Source of the DNA: Nitrospirota bacterium
Lineage (GTDB): Bacteria; Nitrospirota; Nitrospiria; Nitrospirales; Nitrospiraceae
Length of the DNA: 64,000 nucleotides
Reading direction: 5' to 3'
Assembly (NCBI GenBank): GCA_963703955.1
Contig: CAVPGK010000001.1
Coordinates: forward strand, 29,520 to 93,519
Each line of letters opens with the position of its first letter. Within the stretch, counting starts at the first letter, position 1. The notes below the pieces were generated by a model that saw nothing but the letters and a program-made list of their open reading frames with translations, was not told the DNA's origin and ran no database searches. A program made the position numbers and the translations under genes. This document shows positions 60,429-64,000 of the stretch, piece after piece.

Positions 60429-61989
60429 ATGTCTTCAAATCCAAAAGGTCGCGTGCTGTACATCGGTGCCTCATACTACAACAATTGGTACCTCTCTCGA
60501 TCTTTGCGTGATCTCGGTTGGAAAGCTGATCTCCTGACCTATTCGGCTGAAAGCACAGACTTGTATCTTCACGGGTATGACTTTTCTTTAAGGGACTATG
60601 CTACCGGGGATACTCAGTTCAATGACAAGTTATTCAACTTTCTGAGATATTGGCTACGCAGGTACGCAGAAGAACAGCAGAATAACGATGAGCAGTCGAA
60701 AGGGAAGATCGATCCGCTTCTCAGTCCATTGGGCAGTCTATTTCGATTCTTGCTTGTTCGGCGGTTTGATCTCGCGAGATCGATCATCGAATTTGTGCTC
60801 CGGGACAAACGCCTACCCGATGGCGGCGTTCAAAAGGCTTGGCGCCTGTGGTCAATCGACTTTCTCTATAGGGGCAAACGAAATGTTCTGAGCCGGATTC
60901 TGGGCCCTATCCTGTTGGAGGCCCTACGAGGATCTGAACATCCGGAGCCTCTCAAGAACCTGCTCGAGGTACTTTCTCACGTCAATGAGAAAGACGAAAC
61001 TGGGCGAATTAGATCCGATCTATAGGATTCTTGACGGCTACGACATCTTGCACTTCACGGGCATGAATAACTTGCGGTATTTCTATTTCATCAATCCTTG
61101 GCTGTTCGGTTCAATGCCGATCGGTTGGGATGTGCAGTTGCTCAAATGCCTCGGTAAGAAAATCGTGTACAGCAATATCGGATGCTTGGACGGCGTATCG
61201 CAAACCTCTTTTCGCTCGTGGCCGCCTGAGCCGGTATGCGATATCTGCCGCTGGCGGGATGAGCCGACCGTCTGCAGCGATGAGCGAAACCTGGCATGGG
61301 GTAAGCTGCGGAACAACCTTGCCGATTATCAGATCAATCTGGGGGGGAATCGAAAAGATTACAACGATGACCCTCGGGTCCATGAAGTGCCGGAATTCTA
61401 TTGTCTCGATACCAAGGTTTGGGATCCAGATTTACCGGTGCCGCTTCAGTATCGACTGGGATATCCTGAGGGTACGGTCAAGATTTATCATGCCGTGGGA
61501 AATTTCGAATCGCGAACAGGCCTAAACAATCGCAATATCAAATGCACCCATATCTATGTTCCTCTTATCGATCGCCTAAAGCAAGAGGGGTATAGCGTCG
61601 AGCTGCTCTTCTATTCGAATGTTCCCAATAAGGACATTCGGTTCTATCAGGTGCAGGCCGACATTGTCGTGGACATGTTGACCTTCGGCTGGTTCGGAGC
61701 CACGGGACGGGAAGCCATGATGCTCGGCAAACCCTATGTCTGTTTTATTCGTCCAGAGTGGTTGGAGACCATGCGACAGGAAATTCCAGAGTATGTCGAT
61801 GAGTTGCCTGTCGTCAGTGCGACACCCGACACGGTGTATGACGTGCTCAAAGATCTCATTGAGCATCCTGAGAAGCGCATGGATATCGGCCGGCGTAGCC
61901 GCGACTTTGCGGTGAAATGGCATTCGGCCCAAGCAGGAGCGAAACGCTTCGATCGCATCTATGCCGACTTGCTAGCTAGCGTGGGGTAG
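60429..61989 (+). CDS. Glycosyltransferase-like protein split over two overlapping ORFs (60429-61025 and 60985-61989); probable frameshift
   Basis: ORF1 begins RVLYIG..YYNNWYLSRSLRDLGW; ORF2 has DILHF, ADIVVD and GWFGATGREAMMLGKP (GT-B type). ORFs overlap by 41 nt. Confidence 0.65.
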
Positions 61990-61991
61990 GC

Positions 61992-62811
61992 ATGTCCCAA
62001 CAGGCTCTTGATGCGAAAAACGCGGTGTTTTGGAACGAACTGTGCGGGTCGGGGTTGGCGAGGTCGCTTGGGATTCATACCGTCTCACCGGAGAATCTCA
62101 ACAAGTTCGATTCAGCTTATATGGCTCTGTATCCTTACCTGCGTCAGTTTGTTTCGAAAGAAGACCTCAGACAAAAGAAAGTGCTTGAGATCGGGCTCGG
62201 CTATGGGACCCTGGGCCACCTTCTCGCATCGTGCGGCTGTCGATATTATGGCCTTGATGTTGCCGAAGGGCCCGTGGCCATGATGCGATATCGTCTCGGC
62301 TTACTTGGCCAAGATGGCACCAACACTGTCCAAGTCGGGTCCGCCCTTCAGATTCCCCATGCGGACTCGACCTTCGACTATGTGTACTCGATCGGGTGCC
62401 TCCACCACACTGGAGACGTAAAGAAAGCGGTGTCCGAGTTGCACCGTATCTTAGCGCCAGGCGGGAAAGCGGTTGTGATGCTCTACAATCGCCACTCGTT
62501 CCGTCGGCTCGTGGCGGTCCCTCTGAAACGTCTTCGGAGCCTGATGTCACGTGACAGACGGTCTTTTGCAGAACGTGTTCGCGCCATGTATGACGAAAAT
62601 GTGGAAGGTGAGGCGGCCCCTCATACCGATTTTGTCTCCCGCGTGGAAGCCGCGAGACTCTTTCCGGGATTTCTCTCGCGCGCGCATTGAAAGTCAAAAC
62701 TTTGACGCCTACTCGCTCTTTAAGGGCAGGCTTGTGATTCCACGAGAAAAACTGATTAATAACATGGGACGGATCCTGGGTTTAGACCTCTACATCGAAG
62801 CCACGAAATAG
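61992..62811 (+). CDS. Class I SAM methyltransferase with apparent frameshift near 62661
   Basis: LEIGLGYG and IGCLHHT motifs; zero frame stops at 62690, +1 frame continues FRDFSRARIESQNFD..LGLDLYIEATK to 62811. Confidence 0.75.
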
Positions 62812-62852
62812 AGCTACGATTGTCTCCCTACGTTTGACTACAAGCCTGTCCA

Positions 62853-63792
62853 ATGCGTATGTTGAATGACCTACTCAAATGGTTGTTACCAAAAAACAAG
62901 TTAACTGTTCAGAAGTTGCCCCATTCCATGTCCACGGTCGTGGATTCCTACTGGTCAAAACATACGGTGAACTCAAAACGTTTTCGCAATGCAGATGAGT
63001 CTCTCAACTATCTCGAGTGGAGGTTCGGAGAGTATCCGCTGTTTCGAGAATTCATGAGTTTGTACGGTAACCACGATGGTGAGGTTGTGCTCGACTATGG
63101 CTGTGGACCAGGCAACGATCTCGTAGGGTTCTTTGTGCATACCAATGCGAAAAAGATTATCGGCATCGATGTATCATCCAGAGCCCTTCGCCTTGCCAGA
63201 CATAGGCTCGCGCTTCATCAAGGAGACCACCACAGAATTGAACTCATGCAAACATCCGATTCTGCGCTCGGAATTCCTATTGGCGACGAGGAGGTGGACT
63301 ACATCTATTGTGAAGGCGTGCTTCATCACACCAGCAATCCTGAGGTCACCTTGGGGGAATTTTCAAGAATCTTGAAACGCGGTTCCAAAGCGTGTCTGAT
63401 GGTATATAACCGTCATAGTCTCTGGTTGCACCTGTACACGGCTTATCAAAAAATGGTGCTTGAGAACGCATTTCCTGGAATGGATATCTTGCAGGCGTTC
63501 TCGAGAAATACGGATGGCGAACACTGTCCCATCGCGAGATGTTATGCGCCGGAAGAGTTCACAGCACTGTGCAAGGACGTCGGATTTCGAGTTGAATATG
63601 CCGGTGGTTATTTTTCTCTCCATGAGTTACAAGTACTGAAGCAGTTAGTATGCAAAGGCTCTGCAAGATGAACGATTGGCCGCCGAACATAGGGAATTTC
63701 TGGGCAGTCTTGTGTATGACGAACAGGGTTATCCATTGTATCAAGGAAAGCATGCCGGCATAGGCGGGGTGTACCAATTGCACAAGGCCTAG
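62853..63792 (+). CDS. Class I SAM methyltransferase with apparent frameshift near 63646-63651
   Basis: LDYGCGPG and GVLHHT motifs; zero frame stops at 63671, +1 frame continues AKALQDERLAAEHREFL..AGIGGVYQLHKA to TAG 63790-63792. Confidence 0.75.
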
Positions 63793-63857
63793 TTAGCAGG
63801 TATCGTACGTTCCTTTCGAAGAAGACATTGTTGAAGAGTTAGACGAACCTTTCTAGC

Positions 63858-64000
63858 ATGCGACTCTCACGAAGCGACAGGCTTTCCATTCTCCTACTCT
63901 GTGATAATCATCGGAGTCACGCCAATACCGTACTCGATCACATTTCAGCATTTACAGCCTTTTCGAAGTACGATGTTCGTCTGTATAATCCAAGATGGGT
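63858..64000 (+). CDS. Start of next polysaccharide-locus gene (partial, product unknown)
   Basis: ATG 63858, MRLSRSDRLSILLLCDNHRSHANTVLDHISAFTAFSKYDV, open to the window end. Confidence 0.6.
   Translation, partial: MRLSRSDRLSILLLCDNHRSHANTVLDHISAFTAFSKYDVRLYNPRW

Noticed and set aside
1..64000. CRISPR arrays, tRNA/rRNA, transposases, integrases, prophage genes
   Set aside because: No regularly spaced direct repeats or recognisable motifs found; almost all sequence is explained by envelope genes.

Overview
Bacterial, high-GC window, almost entirely cell-envelope genes; gene order and content suggest Nitrospirota or a deltaproteobacteria-like lineage (inference). Positions 1-6.4 kb are a minus-strand block: galU, lon, thiL, DUF2062 and an HD-domain dNTPase-like gene that runs off the window edge and is missed by the ORF track. 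A divergent sigma70-like promoter precedes a ~57 kb mostly plus-strand LPS supercluster. It contains bamA-skp-skp-fabZ-lpxA-lpxI-gnnA-like-lpxB-msbA-DUF374(LpxJ-like)-waaA-lpxK; core genes (waaF-gmhB fusion, waaC, two more GT9s, many GT2/GT4); O-methyltransferases (TylF, CmcI); three SGNH/AlgJ-like proteins; a DUF2079-GtrB/ArnC-like-WecE-methyltransferase cassette; waaL; a WbpB-WbpD fusion plus WbpE-like aminotransferase; and an AT-richer O-antigen block with two Wzt ATPases and one Wzm. The most notable signal is an in-frame A_AAA_AAG slippery site (A9 run) in the LpxJ-like acyltransferase, whose conserved-looking C-terminus lies in the -1 frame. Other notable items are a lipoprotein-like Skp paralog, recurring short-unit imperfect palindromes in intergenic gaps, and four frameshifts clustered in the last 6 kb, which may be assembly errors. 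No rRNA, tRNA, CRISPR or transposase was recognised.
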